This document shows, one piece after another, positions 1-9,405 of a DNA stretch of 64,000 nucleotides. The translations under genes and the position numbers were made by a program. The DNA lies in assembly GCA_963675785.1 (NCBI GenBank), contig OY776562.1, positions 2,144,001-2,208,000 of the forward strand, read 5' to 3'. Source of the DNA: Anaerolineae bacterium (GTDB lineage Bacteria > Chloroflexota > Anaerolineae > UBA1429). Below the pieces are notes generated by a model. That model saw only the letters and a list, made by a program, of their open reading frames with translations. It made no database searches and was not told the DNA's origin. The first letter of the stretch is position 1, and each line of letters opens with the position of its first letter.

Positions 1-1158
1 CAGGAACGCGCCATAGGCGAAGAAGTCTCGCGAGCTCTCTCGCCAGCCCAGATGGTCATCAAGATCGTCAACGAAGAGCTTGTCAGCCTGCTCGGCAGCC
101 CCGAGAAACTCGATCTGAGTGGACCACATCCAACGGTATTGATGCTGGTGGGCCTTCAAGGTTGTGGCAAAACAACGATGGCGGCTAAGCTTGCCGTCTT
201 TTTGCGCAAGCAAGGGCATAATCCTCTCCTCGTTGCCGCCGACACCTACCGCCCGGCAGCCATCACTCAGTTGGAAACACTTGGTCATCAGATCAACACG
301 CCGGTTTATGCCGAAGGCACCAACGTCTCACCCGTAACCATCTGCCAAAACGGCGTCAAAGAAGGGCGTCGGAACGCACATAGTATCGTCATACTGGATA
401 CTGCAGGTCGGCTACAGATTGACGAGCAAATGATGGGTGAACTGGTGCAGATCCGCGATGCGGTCAAGCCGCAAGAGATTTTGCTCATTGTCGATGCCAT
501 GACCGGCCAGGAAGCTGTGTCTGTAGCTGACGAGTTTAACAAAAAGGTGCCTCTTAGTGGCCTGATACTCACCAAAGTGGACGGAGACGCCCGCGGTGGT
601 GCAGCACTTTCCGTTCGTTCAGTTACTGGCGTGCCTATCAAGTTCATGGGTGTGGGTGAAAAGACCTCGGACCTGGAAGAGTTCTATCCGCAACGATTAG
701 CGTCCCGCATTCTGGGCATGGGTGATATGCTCACCCTCATCGAGCGTGCTGAATCAGCCTTTACGGAAGACCAGGCCCGCAAGATGGAAGAAAAGCTGCG
801 TTCAGCTTCTTTCACCTTTGAGGACTATTTAGAGCAGATAAAAGCCCTGAAGAACATGGGGCCGATGAGTGAGATTTTGGCCATGATCCCCGGTATGCAG
901 GGCGCAGTCAAAGGGTTACCCAATAACTTTGCCGAAGATTCCATGAAAGCCACCGAAGCCATGATCAGCTCGATGACGCGTGAAGAACGCCATAACCCAA
1001 AGATCATCAATGCCAGCCGCAAGCGGCGTATTGCTCAGGGAAGTGGCAAATCTGTTCAGGAAGTGAACCAGCTCTTGCGTCAGTTCGCGCAGACGCAAAA
1101 GATGATGAAGCAAATGCGGCGGGGCAAAGGCCGAGGACTTGCTTCACTCCTCGGTTAG
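1..1158 (+). CDS. ffh: Signal recognition particle protein Ffh (5'-truncated by window edge)
   Basis: GLQGCGKTT P-loop, DTAGR, TKVDGDARGG and a Met-rich M domain. The frame is open back to base 1. Confidence 0.98.
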   Translation, partial: QERAIGEEVSRALSPAQMVIKIVNEELVSLLGSPEKLDLSGPHPTVLMLVGLQGCGKTTMAAKLAVFLRKQGHNPLLVAADTYRPAAITQLETLGHQINTPVYAEGTNVSPVTICQNGVKEGRRNAHSIVILDTAGRLQIDEQMMGELVQIRDAVKPQEILLIVDAMTGQEAVSVADEFNKKVPLSGLILTKVDGDARGGAALSVRSVTGVPIKFMGVGEKTSDLEEFYPQRLASRILGMGDMLTLIERAESAFTEDQARKMEEKLRSASFTFEDYLEQIKALKNMGPMSEILAMIPGMQGAVKGLPNNFAEDSMKATEAMISSMTREERHNPKIINASRKRRIAQGSGKSVQEVNQLLRQFAQTQKMMKQMRRGKGRGLASLLG

Positions 1159-1184
1159 ACAAAATTATAGAACATGCGTATAAT
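1156..1184 (+). promoter_or_regulatory. Sigma70-type promoter for rpsP operon
   Basis: TAGACA-17 nt-TATAAT upstream of rpsP. Confidence 0.6.
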
Positions 1185-1228
1185 CACTTTGTGTGAAAGA
1201 ACAAACGAGAGAGGGTTGAACACACACT

Positions 1229-1513
1229 ATGGTAAGAATTAGACTCCGTCGTGTCGGTGCCAAGAAACAGCCTAGTTATCGAATCGTCGTTAGTGACCAG
1301 CGCTCACCGCGTGATGGCCGCTTTATCGAGCAGATCGGGCATTTCAATCCCCGCACTGATCCCGAGACGGTTGTGGTAGATGAAGAGCGAGCACGTTTTT
1401 GGCTGCAGCGCGGTGCACAGCCCAGTGAGCCGGTTAATCGAATCTTTAACCGCATGGGAATCTCCGCCAAGCCAGTCGAAGCTCAAGAATCCACCGAAAT
1501 CGAAGCTGCGTAA
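1229..1513 (+). CDS. rpsP: 30S ribosomal protein S16
   Basis: [21 protein letters not shown]...[16 protein letters not shown]; follows ffh. Confidence 0.98.
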   Translation: MVRIRLRRVGAKKQPSYRIVVSDQRSPRDGRFIEQIGHFNPRTDPETVVVDEERARFWLQRGAQPSEPVNRIFNRMGISAKPVEAQESTEIEAA

Positions 1514-1527
1514 GAAAAGAGCTATTC

Positions 1528-1752
1528 ATGAAGGATCTGGTCCTGTATATCGCGAAATCGATCGTCAATAACCCGGATGACGTCCGCATTCAGCAGATTC
1601 GCGGACGCAATGCAACAATTCTAAAGTTGCGTGTACATCCTGACGACAAGGGCTGGGTCATCGGAAGGCATGGTCGCGTCGCTAATGCAATACGCTCGCT
1701 TTTGCGAGTTTGTAATGATGGCGATCGGCGCGTCATTCTCGAGATAGAGTAG
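1528..1752 (+). CDS. khpA: KH-domain RNA-binding protein (KhpA/YlqC)
   Basis: DKGWVIGRHGRVANAIR KH GxxG loop; rpsP-khpA-rimM synteny. Confidence 0.92.
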   Translation: MKDLVLYIAKSIVNNPDDVRIQQIRGRNATILKLRVHPDDKGWVIGRHGRVANAIRSLLRVCNDGDRRVILEIE

Positions 1753-1830
1753 CAACCTGCTTATCAGAATTAAGAGGCGACGTCCCGGTTGGGTCGTCGC
1801 CTTGTCTTGTATACAAGGGGAACAGCACCT

Positions 1831-2340
1831 ATGAAATCTGCGTCTCCCTCCCATCTGGTTATTGGCACAATTGTGGGCGCACGTGGCCTCGACGGTGAGA
1901 TGCGCGTCAACATCGAAACCGACCGGCCTGAGCGCTTTTATGATTTGAAAGACGTCTGCATCGGCCCCGAAAAACGACTTTACCATGTGGCACGGGCGCG
2001 GCTCTTCAAGGGGCAGGCACTGCTTGTGATCGAAGGTATCAGTTCGCCCGAACAAGCCGAACGTCTGCGCGGACAAGAACTGTATGTCCCCATCGAAGAC
2101 GCCTACGAGCTCGGTGAAAACGAGTATTATGTGTTCGAACTGGAAGGCATGGACGTGATCAGCGATGAGGGTGAAACCCTGGGCATCCTGGCAGAAGTGC
2201 TGTCAACGGGCGCCAACGATGTCTATGTTGTAAGGGGAGACCGCGGTGAAATCCTCTTGCCGGCCATCAAGGATGTTATCCTTGACGTTAACACGCAAGA
2301 TGGCATTATGACAGTACATTTGTTGCCAGGACTCGTCTAG
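1831..2340 (+). CDS. rimM: 16S rRNA processing protein RimM
   Basis: IGTIVGARGLDGE, EYYVFELEG, TGANDVYVV, LLPAI. ATG at 1831 follows AAGGGG. Confidence 0.95.
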   Translation: MKSASPSHLVIGTIVGARGLDGEMRVNIETDRPERFYDLKDVCIGPEKRLYHVARARLFKGQALLVIEGISSPEQAERLRGQELYVPIEDAYELGENEYYVFELEGMDVISDEGETLGILAEVLSTGANDVYVVRGDRGEILLPAIKDVILDVNTQDGIMTVHLLPGLV

Positions 2341-2353
2341 AAAGGCCAGCTCG

Positions 2354-3436
2354 ATGGACAAACGCTACTGGCTTGGCTTTAACATGGTGTCGGGCTATGG
2401 TCCTGCCCGTATAGAAGCTTTGCTGGAGCGTTTTGGTGATCTGGAATATGCTTGGAATAGCGATGCTGCCAATCTGCGCGCCCTGGGCATTCCTCGGGAT
2501 GCCATTGAGTCTCTGCTGTACCATCGTGCCCGCCTCGACCTAGAAGATGAACTTGCTCGTGTGGCTGATCTGGATATCGACATCCTCACTTGGCAAGATC
2601 CCAACTATCCTGAACTGCTGCGCGATATCGACCAGTCCCCTCCCCTGCTATATGTGCGCGGAGAGATTACCCCGCCAGATGCCCTGGCTATCGCCGTTGT
2701 GGGTACCCGTAAGGTTACCTCTTATGGTCAAAGTGCCACGCGCGAGCTGGTGAGCGGTCTGGTTGCTCAGGGTATTACTATCGTCAGCGGTCTGGCCTTG
2801 GGTGTTGATGGTATTGCCCACACCACTGCCCTGGAACACAACGGCCGTACGCTAGCCGTGTTGGGCTGCGGTCTGGATGAAGTCTACCCTGCAAGGCACA
2901 GGGCCCTGGCCGAGCAAATTAGCACATCGGGCGCACTCGTCTCTGATTACGCACCCGGCGTCAAGCCCGAAGCACGTAACTTTCCTCCGCGCAACCGCAT
3001 CATCAGTGGCCTTTCGCTGGGAACAGTAGTCATTGAAGCGGGAGAACGCAGCGGTTCTTTGATTACCATTCGCTACGCACTGGATCAAGGCCGGGAGACC
3101 TTTGCCATACCCGGCAGCATGTTCAACCCCCTGAGTGACGGGACGAACGCACTCATTCGCCGGGGAGAAGCCAAACTTGTTACCCGAGTCGAGGATGTGC
3201 TGGAAGAATTGAACCTGAGCATGGTCGCAGAACAGCGCCAAGTGCGTGAACTTGTACCCGATAGCCCCACAGAAGCTTCTCTACTCGATCTTTTGGGCCC
3301 CGAGCCTATTCAGGTGGATGACCTCGTCCGTCAGTCTCATCTGGCAGCAAATGTGGTTTCCAGTACACTGTGTATGATGGAGCTCAAAGGAATGGTCCAA
3401 CGCGTCGACCGCTCTGCTTACGTCATCGCCCGCTAA
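2354..3436 (+). CDS. dprA: DNA-processing protein DprA
   Basis: AVVGTR, VSGLALGVDGIAH, FPPRNRIISG, SGSLIT, C-terminal winged helix MELKG. Confidence 0.97.
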   Translation: MDKRYWLGFNMVSGYGPARIEALLERFGDLEYAWNSDAANLRALGIPRDAIESLLYHRARLDLEDELARVADLDIDILTWQDPNYPELLRDIDQSPPLLYVRGEITPPDALAIAVVGTRKVTSYGQSATRELVSGLVAQGITIVSGLALGVDGIAHTTALEHNGRTLAVLGCGLDEVYPARHRALAEQISTSGALVSDYAPGVKPEARNFPPRNRIISGLSLGTVVIEAGERSGSLITIRYALDQGRETFAIPGSMFNPLSDGTNALIRRGEAKLVTRVEDVLEELNLSMVAEQRQVRELVPDSPTEASLLDLLGPEPIQVDDLVRQSHLAANVVSSTLCMMELKGMVQRVDRSAYVIAR

Positions 3437-3450
3437 CTTGGGAGACTGCT

Positions 3451-4563
3451 ATGACATCAGCCAACGACGGCAATTCAAACAGTGATATCTATGTCACCAT
3501 CCTCGCGGGAGGCAGCGGCACACGTCTTTGGCCCCTCAGCCGGAAAGCGCTGCCCAAGCAGTTCTTGCAGCTCTGTGATCACCGTTCTATGCTGCAAAGC
3601 ACCGTCGATCGTGTGTTGCAAGTTTGTCCCCTTGAGCATGTCTTTGTGCTAACCGGCCCCGAACATGCTCATTTGGTGCATGAGCAAATTGAGGGATTGC
3701 CGAAAGAGAACGTATTTATAGAGCCGGGCCCTCGCAATACTGCTCCCTGCCTTGGTCTGGCCGCTATGCGTCTGGCCCATATGACCGCGAACAAACATGC
3801 TGTTATGGCTTCCATCCATGCTGACCACGCTGTGCAGCGCCCCCAGGCATTCGCTGCCGCCCTGCGTTCAGCCTGTCAAACCGCACGCCAGGGTTACATT
3901 GCCACAGTGGGCATCGTTCCCACAGAGCCGCACACGGGGTATGGCTATATTGAAAAGGGCGCGCCCCTCTATGACGATACCGGCTGCACTGTGTATGCTG
4001 TTTCCAGCTTTGTAGAAAAGCCGCCTTTGGATCAGGCGCGGGATTATGTAAATTCTGGCAATTACTTGTGGAACACGGGGTATTTTGCCTGGACGCTGGA
4101 GCGCATTCTGGGAGAATTCGAACGTTCGCTCCCCGAGACTTTTGAATTGCTGCACCAGGTCGTCAGTGCCGAACGGCGCGGCGATGCCCTAGCTGCCGCA
4201 TCAGCCTGGAACAGTATAAAACCCGTCGCTATTGATGTGGGCATCATGGAAAAAGCTGACCATGTTGCCGTCATTCCCTGCGAGATGGGCTGGAACGATG
4301 TGGGTAGTTGGGCATCACTCTATGAACTCGCCGAATACGACGAACAGGGCAACGTACTTTTAGGCGACAGCGTGCATGTGAGCCTGGATACCCACAACAC
4401 GCTCGTCTCGAGTTCAAAACGGTTGGTGGCTACCGCCGGATTGGAAGACTATATCATTGTTGATACAGAGGATGCACTGCTCATCCTCCCGCGAGAACGC
4501 GCTCAGGATGTAAGCAGCCTGGTCAAGCAAATACGTGCCAAGGGTCTAGAAGAACACCTCTAA
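3451..4563 (+). CDS. manC: Mannose-1-phosphate guanylyltransferase (no cupin isomerase domain)
   Basis: ILAGGSGTRLWPLSR..PKQFL, EPGPRNTAP, GYGYI, FVEKP, GWNDVGSW. ATG at 3451 follows GGAG. Confidence 0.9.
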   Translation: MTSANDGNSNSDIYVTILAGGSGTRLWPLSRKALPKQFLQLCDHRSMLQSTVDRVLQVCPLEHVFVLTGPEHAHLVHEQIEGLPKENVFIEPGPRNTAPCLGLAAMRLAHMTANKHAVMASIHADHAVQRPQAFAAALRSACQTARQGYIATVGIVPTEPHTGYGYIEKGAPLYDDTGCTVYAVSSFVEKPPLDQARDYVNSGNYLWNTGYFAWTLERILGEFERSLPETFELLHQVVSAERRGDALAAASAWNSIKPVAIDVGIMEKADHVAVIPCEMGWNDVGSWASLYELAEYDEQGNVLLGDSVHVSLDTHNTLVSSSKRLVATAGLEDYIIVDTEDALLILPRERAQDVSSLVKQIRAKGLEEHL

Positions 4564-4573
4564 GAGCGAAAGT

Positions 4574-5785
4574 GTGGATACCTTGCAAGCGGAAATTGTT
4601 ACCATTGGCACCGAGCTCTTGCTCGGTGAAATCGTCGATACAAACTCGGCCTGGATTGCACAGCGGCTCACCGAGATCGGCCTGAATCTCTTTTACACCA
4701 CTACCGTGGGTGATAACCTGGAGCGTGCTGCGCAGGTGCTCAGACAGTCGCTGGAACGCTCGGACATCACCATCACCACCGGTGGGCTAGGGCCTACAGT
4801 CGATGATGTTACCCGTGAAGCCGTGGCCAAAGCCATAGGCTGCGCGCTCTATACCGATGATAGCCTCTTGGAGGAAATCCAGGGCTTTTTCGCCCGACGC
4901 AACCGCGTTATGACGGCAAGCAACCGCCGGCAGGCTCAGCTTCCGCAAGGCGCTCAAGTGATTCATAACCCCGTTGGCACAGCACCAGCCTTTATCGCCG
5001 AAAAAGATGGGCACATCATCATCTCGCTGCCGGGTGTACCCTTTGAGATGAAATACCTGATGGAGCACGAGGTGTTGCCCTACATCCGCAACCGTTATGA
5101 TCTCAACGGTGTCATCAAGATTCGCGTTCTGCGAACCTGCAACATCGGTGAGAGCACGCTGGGTGAACGCATTGCCGACTTGATGGAACTATCCAACCCC
5201 ACAGTAGGCACGGCTGCCCACCCCGGGCAAACTGATGTGCGCATTGCTGCCAAAGCCGATAGCGAGCAAGAAGCAGATGCCCTCATCGCCCCCATTGAGG
5301 CCCGCATTCGTGAGGTGGCCGGCGAGTATATCTTTGGCGTTAATCATGAGACTATCGAAGGCGTGGTAGCAGCCCGATTACAACAGTTGGGACAAACGCT
5401 AGCGGTGGTCGAGATTGGCACGCCCAGCCTCATCATCCAGCGACTGGCCGGCACACCAGAAGCAGCGAATGTGCTCAAATCAGCCATGGTGGCTGCCAAT
5501 GCCCAGGGGTTGGCACTCGACCTGCCCACAGAGTTCGCGCAGCCCTCGCAAGAACTCGCCGATGCCGCTGCCATCGCCATACGACATGCAGCCCACAGCG
5601 ACCTGGGCTTGGCCGTGTGCACACAGCCAACCGCGGACGACCAGGGCATGCCCACCTATATTACCCTGGCAACACCCGGTGGGCTGGTTCGCACAGAACC
5701 ATACGGCGGCCGCCCCGGCCCTCTGGGGCAAGGTTGGGTTATCCACCTGGGCCTTGACACGATCCGACGCTACCTTACGTCATAA
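4574..5785 (+). CDS. cinA: CinA family protein (COG1058 domain plus degenerate PncC-like C-terminal domain)
   Basis: IGTELLLGEIVDTN, TGGLGPTVDDVT, GTAP, LPGVPFEM. Confidence 0.9.
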   Translation: MDTLQAEIVTIGTELLLGEIVDTNSAWIAQRLTEIGLNLFYTTTVGDNLERAAQVLRQSLERSDITITTGGLGPTVDDVTREAVAKAIGCALYTDDSLLEEIQGFFARRNRVMTASNRRQAQLPQGAQVIHNPVGTAPAFIAEKDGHIIISLPGVPFEMKYLMEHEVLPYIRNRYDLNGVIKIRVLRTCNIGESTLGERIADLMELSNPTVGTAAHPGQTDVRIAAKADSEQEADALIAPIEARIREVAGEYIFGVNHETIEGVVAARLQQLGQTLAVVEIGTPSLIIQRLAGTPEAANVLKSAMVAANAQGLALDLPTEFAQPSQELADAAAIAIRHAAHSDLGLAVCTQPTADDQGMPTYITLATPGGLVRTEPYGGRPGPLGQGWVIHLGLDTIRRYLTS

Positions 5786-5866
5786 AATTGCCTATTTGAC
5801 CAACAACCTCAATGTGCGTACTGTTAGCCGGTTTGCTGAAGCGGAAACCCTATTGAGGTTGTTGGT

Positions 5867-7201
5867 ATGTCCAAGATACAACGTATTCGAGCCGAGCATC
5901 TGCCAATCAGTTATGCGCGCAACTATATCGCGCTAGGAGCTGATTCGGCCTTTTTTTCTGTAGGCGCAAGCCTGATCAGCACCACCACCGTCATTCCGGC
6001 TTTTGTCGATGCCCTGGGCGGATCGGCCTCACTTGTAGGCCTCATCTCAGGCTTGGCCAGCGGTGCCTGGCTGCTGCCTCAGCTTTTGGTGGCCAGCCAC
6101 ATTGCTCGTTTTGACAGGCGCAAACCAGCTATCCTACGCGCCGCATGGCTTGGTCGCCCCCTGTTCTTTATCTTTGCAATCCTCGTCATGCTGCTGGCAG
6201 AAAACCACGCCAATCTGCTACTCGGTTGTCTGGTAGCCATCATCTGCATGTTCTATGTTTGCGATTCCTTTGTAAGCCTGCCATGGATGGACCTGGTGAG
6301 CGTGGCCATTCCTGCGCGCCGCCGGGGGCGCCTACTTGGCACATCGCAAGCACTGGGAGGATTGGGAGGCATCGCCATAGGTGCGCTGGTTAACTGGTTG
6401 CTGGGTGCCAACAGTCGTTGGGGGTTCCCCACCAACTATGCCATCATCTTTGGCCTAGCCTCAGTGGCATTCATATTTGCAGCAACGGGTCTCTCAGCCG
6501 TCAAAGAGCCAACAGGTTGCTATCCCAAGAAACAACCCCTTGGTTTTGCCCAAACGCTTCGGAATATTCCCGCACTGCTGCGTGATGACCGTGCCTTTCT
6601 GCGGCTCATCATCGCCAAGATTACCGCCGGCTTTGTCACTATGGCCAGCTCTTTTTATGTACTACATGCCGTACAGGTGGGCAAAATGAGCGTAGCCTCG
6701 ACAGGCTTGCTCATCTCTGCCCAGGTGGCTGGTACAGTAGCAAGCGGCCTGTTGATGAGCTTTGTTCAGGATGCCAAAGGACCTCTTTACCACATCCGGC
6801 TGACCTGTGTTCTGGCGGCACTGCCCTCGGCGGGTGCGCTTGTCCTTTCCTTGTTTCCAGGTGTTCTCGGCGAATCTATGGCTATCTATATGGCTATATT
6901 TTTCGTTCTAGGCATTGTTCTAAACTCATTGGGCTGGCCTTTTTACAACTGGATTTTGGAATACGCCCCTGCCGAACGACGGCCTGTGTACATTGGTACT
7001 ATCAACACCCTTTCCGCATTGACCATGCTGGCTCCACTGGCTGGTGGCCTTCTTGTAGAGAACATCTCCTACACATTCGTTTTTGTTGCTGCAACGGCCG
7101 CCGCCGCTATCGCGCTGGTTTTGTCTCTGGGCTTGCCCAGCACGCGTGATCCCAAAGCGACCGAGAACGGCGTTGACACCAGAGTCAAAGCCTCGGTATA
7201 A
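5867..7201 (+). CDS. MFS transporter
   Basis: About 12 hydrophobic segments; AIPARRRGRLLG and APAERRPVYIG loop motifs. Confidence 0.85.
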   Translation: MSKIQRIRAEHLPISYARNYIALGADSAFFSVGASLISTTTVIPAFVDALGGSASLVGLISGLASGAWLLPQLLVASHIARFDRRKPAILRAAWLGRPLFFIFAILVMLLAENHANLLLGCLVAIICMFYVCDSFVSLPWMDLVSVAIPARRRGRLLGTSQALGGLGGIAIGALVNWLLGANSRWGFPTNYAIIFGLASVAFIFAATGLSAVKEPTGCYPKKQPLGFAQTLRNIPALLRDDRAFLRLIIAKITAGFVTMASSFYVLHAVQVGKMSVASTGLLISAQVAGTVASGLLMSFVQDAKGPLYHIRLTCVLAALPSAGALVLSLFPGVLGESMAIYMAIFFVLGIVLNSLGWPFYNWILEYAPAERRPVYIGTINTLSALTMLAPLAGGLLVENISYTFVFVAATAAAAIALVLSLGLPSTRDPKATENGVDTRVKASV

Positions 7202-7237
7202 TCGCGAGGTTGGGTTCGAGATCAAATCGGGAGTCCC

Positions 7238-7774
7238 ATGAAGAAAGCACGCGTCATTTCAGGCATTCTGCTATTTGCCATCATCATGGCTCTTCCGGTT
7301 TTGCCTGTGTGTGCACAGGCTCCTGTTCCGACCACCATTCCCGGATATCCGGAGCCAACCACCGGTGTGGCCACGCCAGTTCCCACGACAGTCTCGTCTT
7401 ATCCCACGACGGAATCGACACAGGCTGCCCTCTCGACGCTGGCACCGACCAATACGCCCGTATCAGATGAAACAGCAGTGCCAACAATAGTGGGGGCCGC
7501 AACCGTGACCAACACGCCCCTTTGGACTCGTACACCCACGCCAACAACAGCGGCAACAATCACGCTCATCAGCCCCTCTACAACGACAGAAGAAACGCCA
7601 ACGGCATCCGCAGCCACTACGCCCACGCCATCGTCGTACCCAACCGCAGTCTCTGACGAGACACCGCAGGATAGCCAGTTACCTTATGTATCCGATCCCA
7701 TCTTTTGGGGCATCGTGGGCGTTATCCTCATCGTCGCCATTTGGGGCACATTCCGATTGTTCAAGAGTTCATAA
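7238..7774 (+). CDS. Pro/Thr-rich secreted, C-terminally membrane-anchored protein of unknown function
   Basis: Signal peptide, low-complexity T/P body, C-terminal TM helix with basic tail; GGAG RBS. Confidence 0.7.
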   Translation: MKKARVISGILLFAIIMALPVLPVCAQAPVPTTIPGYPEPTTGVATPVPTTVSSYPTTESTQAALSTLAPTNTPVSDETAVPTIVGAATVTNTPLWTRTPTPTTAATITLISPSTTTEETPTASAATTPTPSSYPTAVSDETPQDSQLPYVSDPIFWGIVGVILIVAIWGTFRLFKSS

Positions 7775-7814
7775 AAAGGGTGTCACAAAAGATGCCCTCA
7801 CAGAGATATCTAGC

Positions 7815-7860
7815 AGAACTCTCCGCAACCGGTGACTCGGTTCCGGAGAGTTCTTTTGTT
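7815..7860 (+). terminator. Intrinsic terminator
   Basis: AGAACTCTCCG...CGGAGAGTTCT stem followed by TTTGTT. Confidence 0.7.
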
Positions 7861-7937
7861 ATACGGACGTCTATATGGCTCATCGCTGGCGAATGAGATG
7901 CCTTTCAAATAGTAGTAAGATTTCTCTTTCTCGCTGA

Positions 7938-7966
7938 TGTAACCTTTTACTCCTTACCATCATCTT
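7938..7966 (+). promoter_or_regulatory. Putative ECF (SigV-like) autoregulatory promoter
   Basis: TGTAAC-17 nt-CATCTT directly upstream of the ECF sigma gene; resembles the AAC/CGTC ECF consensus. Confidence 0.45.
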
Positions 7967-7981
7967 ATATGTGACCGGTCA

Positions 7982-8524
7982 ATGAAAAGGAGGCAGCTAC
8001 ATGAGAGGAGGACATCCACAGCTGTGTTGAGCAATTATGATGAAAAAACCTGGTTTTGCGATCAGGTGATCGAAAACAAACTAGCTCTGTTTCGGCTTGC
8101 CAAGAGCATCCTGAAAAATGATGCCGATGCAGAGGATGCTGTGCAAGATGCTGTCCTTTCTGCATACAGCAAGCTATCTACACTGCGTGACCGCGACAAA
8201 TTCAAGCCGTGGATCATGAAGATACTCGTCAACTCGGCTTACCAGACCTATGGCAAGCGCAAGCCAGAAGTCAATTTAGAAGACGTGGACAACATTCTCG
8301 CTGTGATACCTCAGGACAATACCAAAGCCCTCTCGTTATGGTCGGCGGTAGAAACCTTGTCAGACGATTTACGAGCCGTCGTTGTGCTGTTCTATTACGA
8401 GGATATGAGCATCAGCGAGATAAGCAGAATTACCGGCGCCAGACGCGGTGCGATTAAGACACGCCTCTGCCGTGCAAGGCAAAAGCTCAAGCCCATTTTA
8501 CTTGGGGAAAGGAGCACACAATGA
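7982..8524 (+). CDS. ECF RNA polymerase sigma factor (SigV-like); true start may be GTG 8024 or TTG 8027
   Basis: DAEDAVQD, FKPWIMKILVN, VLFYYEDMSISEIS, IKTRLCRAR; overlaps the anti-sigma gene (ATGA). Confidence 0.92.
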   Translation: MKRRQLHERRTSTAVLSNYDEKTWFCDQVIENKLALFRLAKSILKNDADAEDAVQDAVLSAYSKLSTLRDRDKFKPWIMKILVNSAYQTYGKRKPEVNLEDVDNILAVIPQDNTKALSLWSAVETLSDDLRAVVVLFYYEDMSISEISRITGARRGAIKTRLCRARQKLKPILLGERSTQ

Positions 8525-9366
8525 ATAGCGATGATAGGAAACTAAGAATGATGGCTAAACGTGAGGATATGCATCTTCCGGAAGGCTATGACAACAACCT
8601 GAGAAATACCTTGAATTTACTCCCTGAAGCAGAGGGTGAGCAGCTACGCCACCATACTGGCCGTTGGGTTTCTGTCGCTGTTGCCACTGCCTTGGCGCTC
8701 TTTATCATTCTGCCCAACACGAGCATGAGTGTCGCCTATGCTATGGGGAACCTACCAATCATAGGCCCTATCGTACAAGTGGTTACTTTCCGCACCTACG
8801 AATATGACGATGGACACAGCTCTGCCAGTGTTGATGTGCCAGAAATCAAAGATGAAAGCGAAGCAGCTTCTCTGATCAATGCCTCTGTCGACGACTATAC
8901 CAACATGTTGATTGAAAAATTCAAAGAGCAAAAGGAAGAGATTGGTGAAGGCTATCTCGGCCTTGATATTACCTACAACGTCGTGACAGACAGCGATGAT
9001 TGGTTCACACTTCAGGTCGCCGTACTCGAAGTTCAAGCAAGCGGTTACGAATACAATGTCTACTACAACGTCGACAAGACCACAGGACAGATCATCGAAC
9101 TGAAGGATCTGTTCAAGGATGACTCTGACTGGGCGTCTGTTCTCAATACAGAGATACTCAATCAAATGCAAGAGAAACAAAACCCAGACGAAGGAATCAT
9201 GTACTTTCCGGATGATTTCACCGGGGTCACGGATGACCAGGATTACTATTTCAGCAGCGATGGCGAACTCGTCATTCCTTTTGACGAATACGAAATTGCT
9301 CCAGGCTCCATGGGCTGCCCTGAGTTTACTATCCCTCAAGCGCTCATCCAGGATTTGATGGCCTAG
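8521..9366 (+). CDS. RsiV-like anti-sigma factor (DUF4179/DUF3298-type)
   Basis: TM followed by AYA|MGNLPIIGPIVQVVTF (RsiV-like signal peptidase site); C-terminal IPFDEYEIAPGSMGCPEFTIP. Confidence 0.85.
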   Translation: MNSDDRKLRMMAKREDMHLPEGYDNNLRNTLNLLPEAEGEQLRHHTGRWVSVAVATALALFIILPNTSMSVAYAMGNLPIIGPIVQVVTFRTYEYDDGHSSASVDVPEIKDESEAASLINASVDDYTNMLIEKFKEQKEEIGEGYLGLDITYNVVTDSDDWFTLQVAVLEVQASGYEYNVYYNVDKTTGQIIELKDLFKDDSDWASVLNTEILNQMQEKQNPDEGIMYFPDDFTGVTDDQDYYFSSDGELVIPFDEYEIAPGSMGCPEFTIPQALIQDLMA

Positions 9367-9369
9367 CGC

Positions 9370-9405
9370 AGAAAAAGAGCGCCGCTTTTGCGGCGCTCTT
9401 TTTCT
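9370..9405. terminator. Bidirectional intrinsic terminator
   Basis: AGAAAAAGAGCGCCGC-TTTT-GCGGCGCTCTTTTTCT perfect hairpin between convergent genes. Confidence 0.9.

Noticed and set aside
1169-1182. GAAC-ATGC-GTAT as a LexA box before rpsP
   Set aside because: Two mismatches, the right half is simply the -10 element, and the target is implausible
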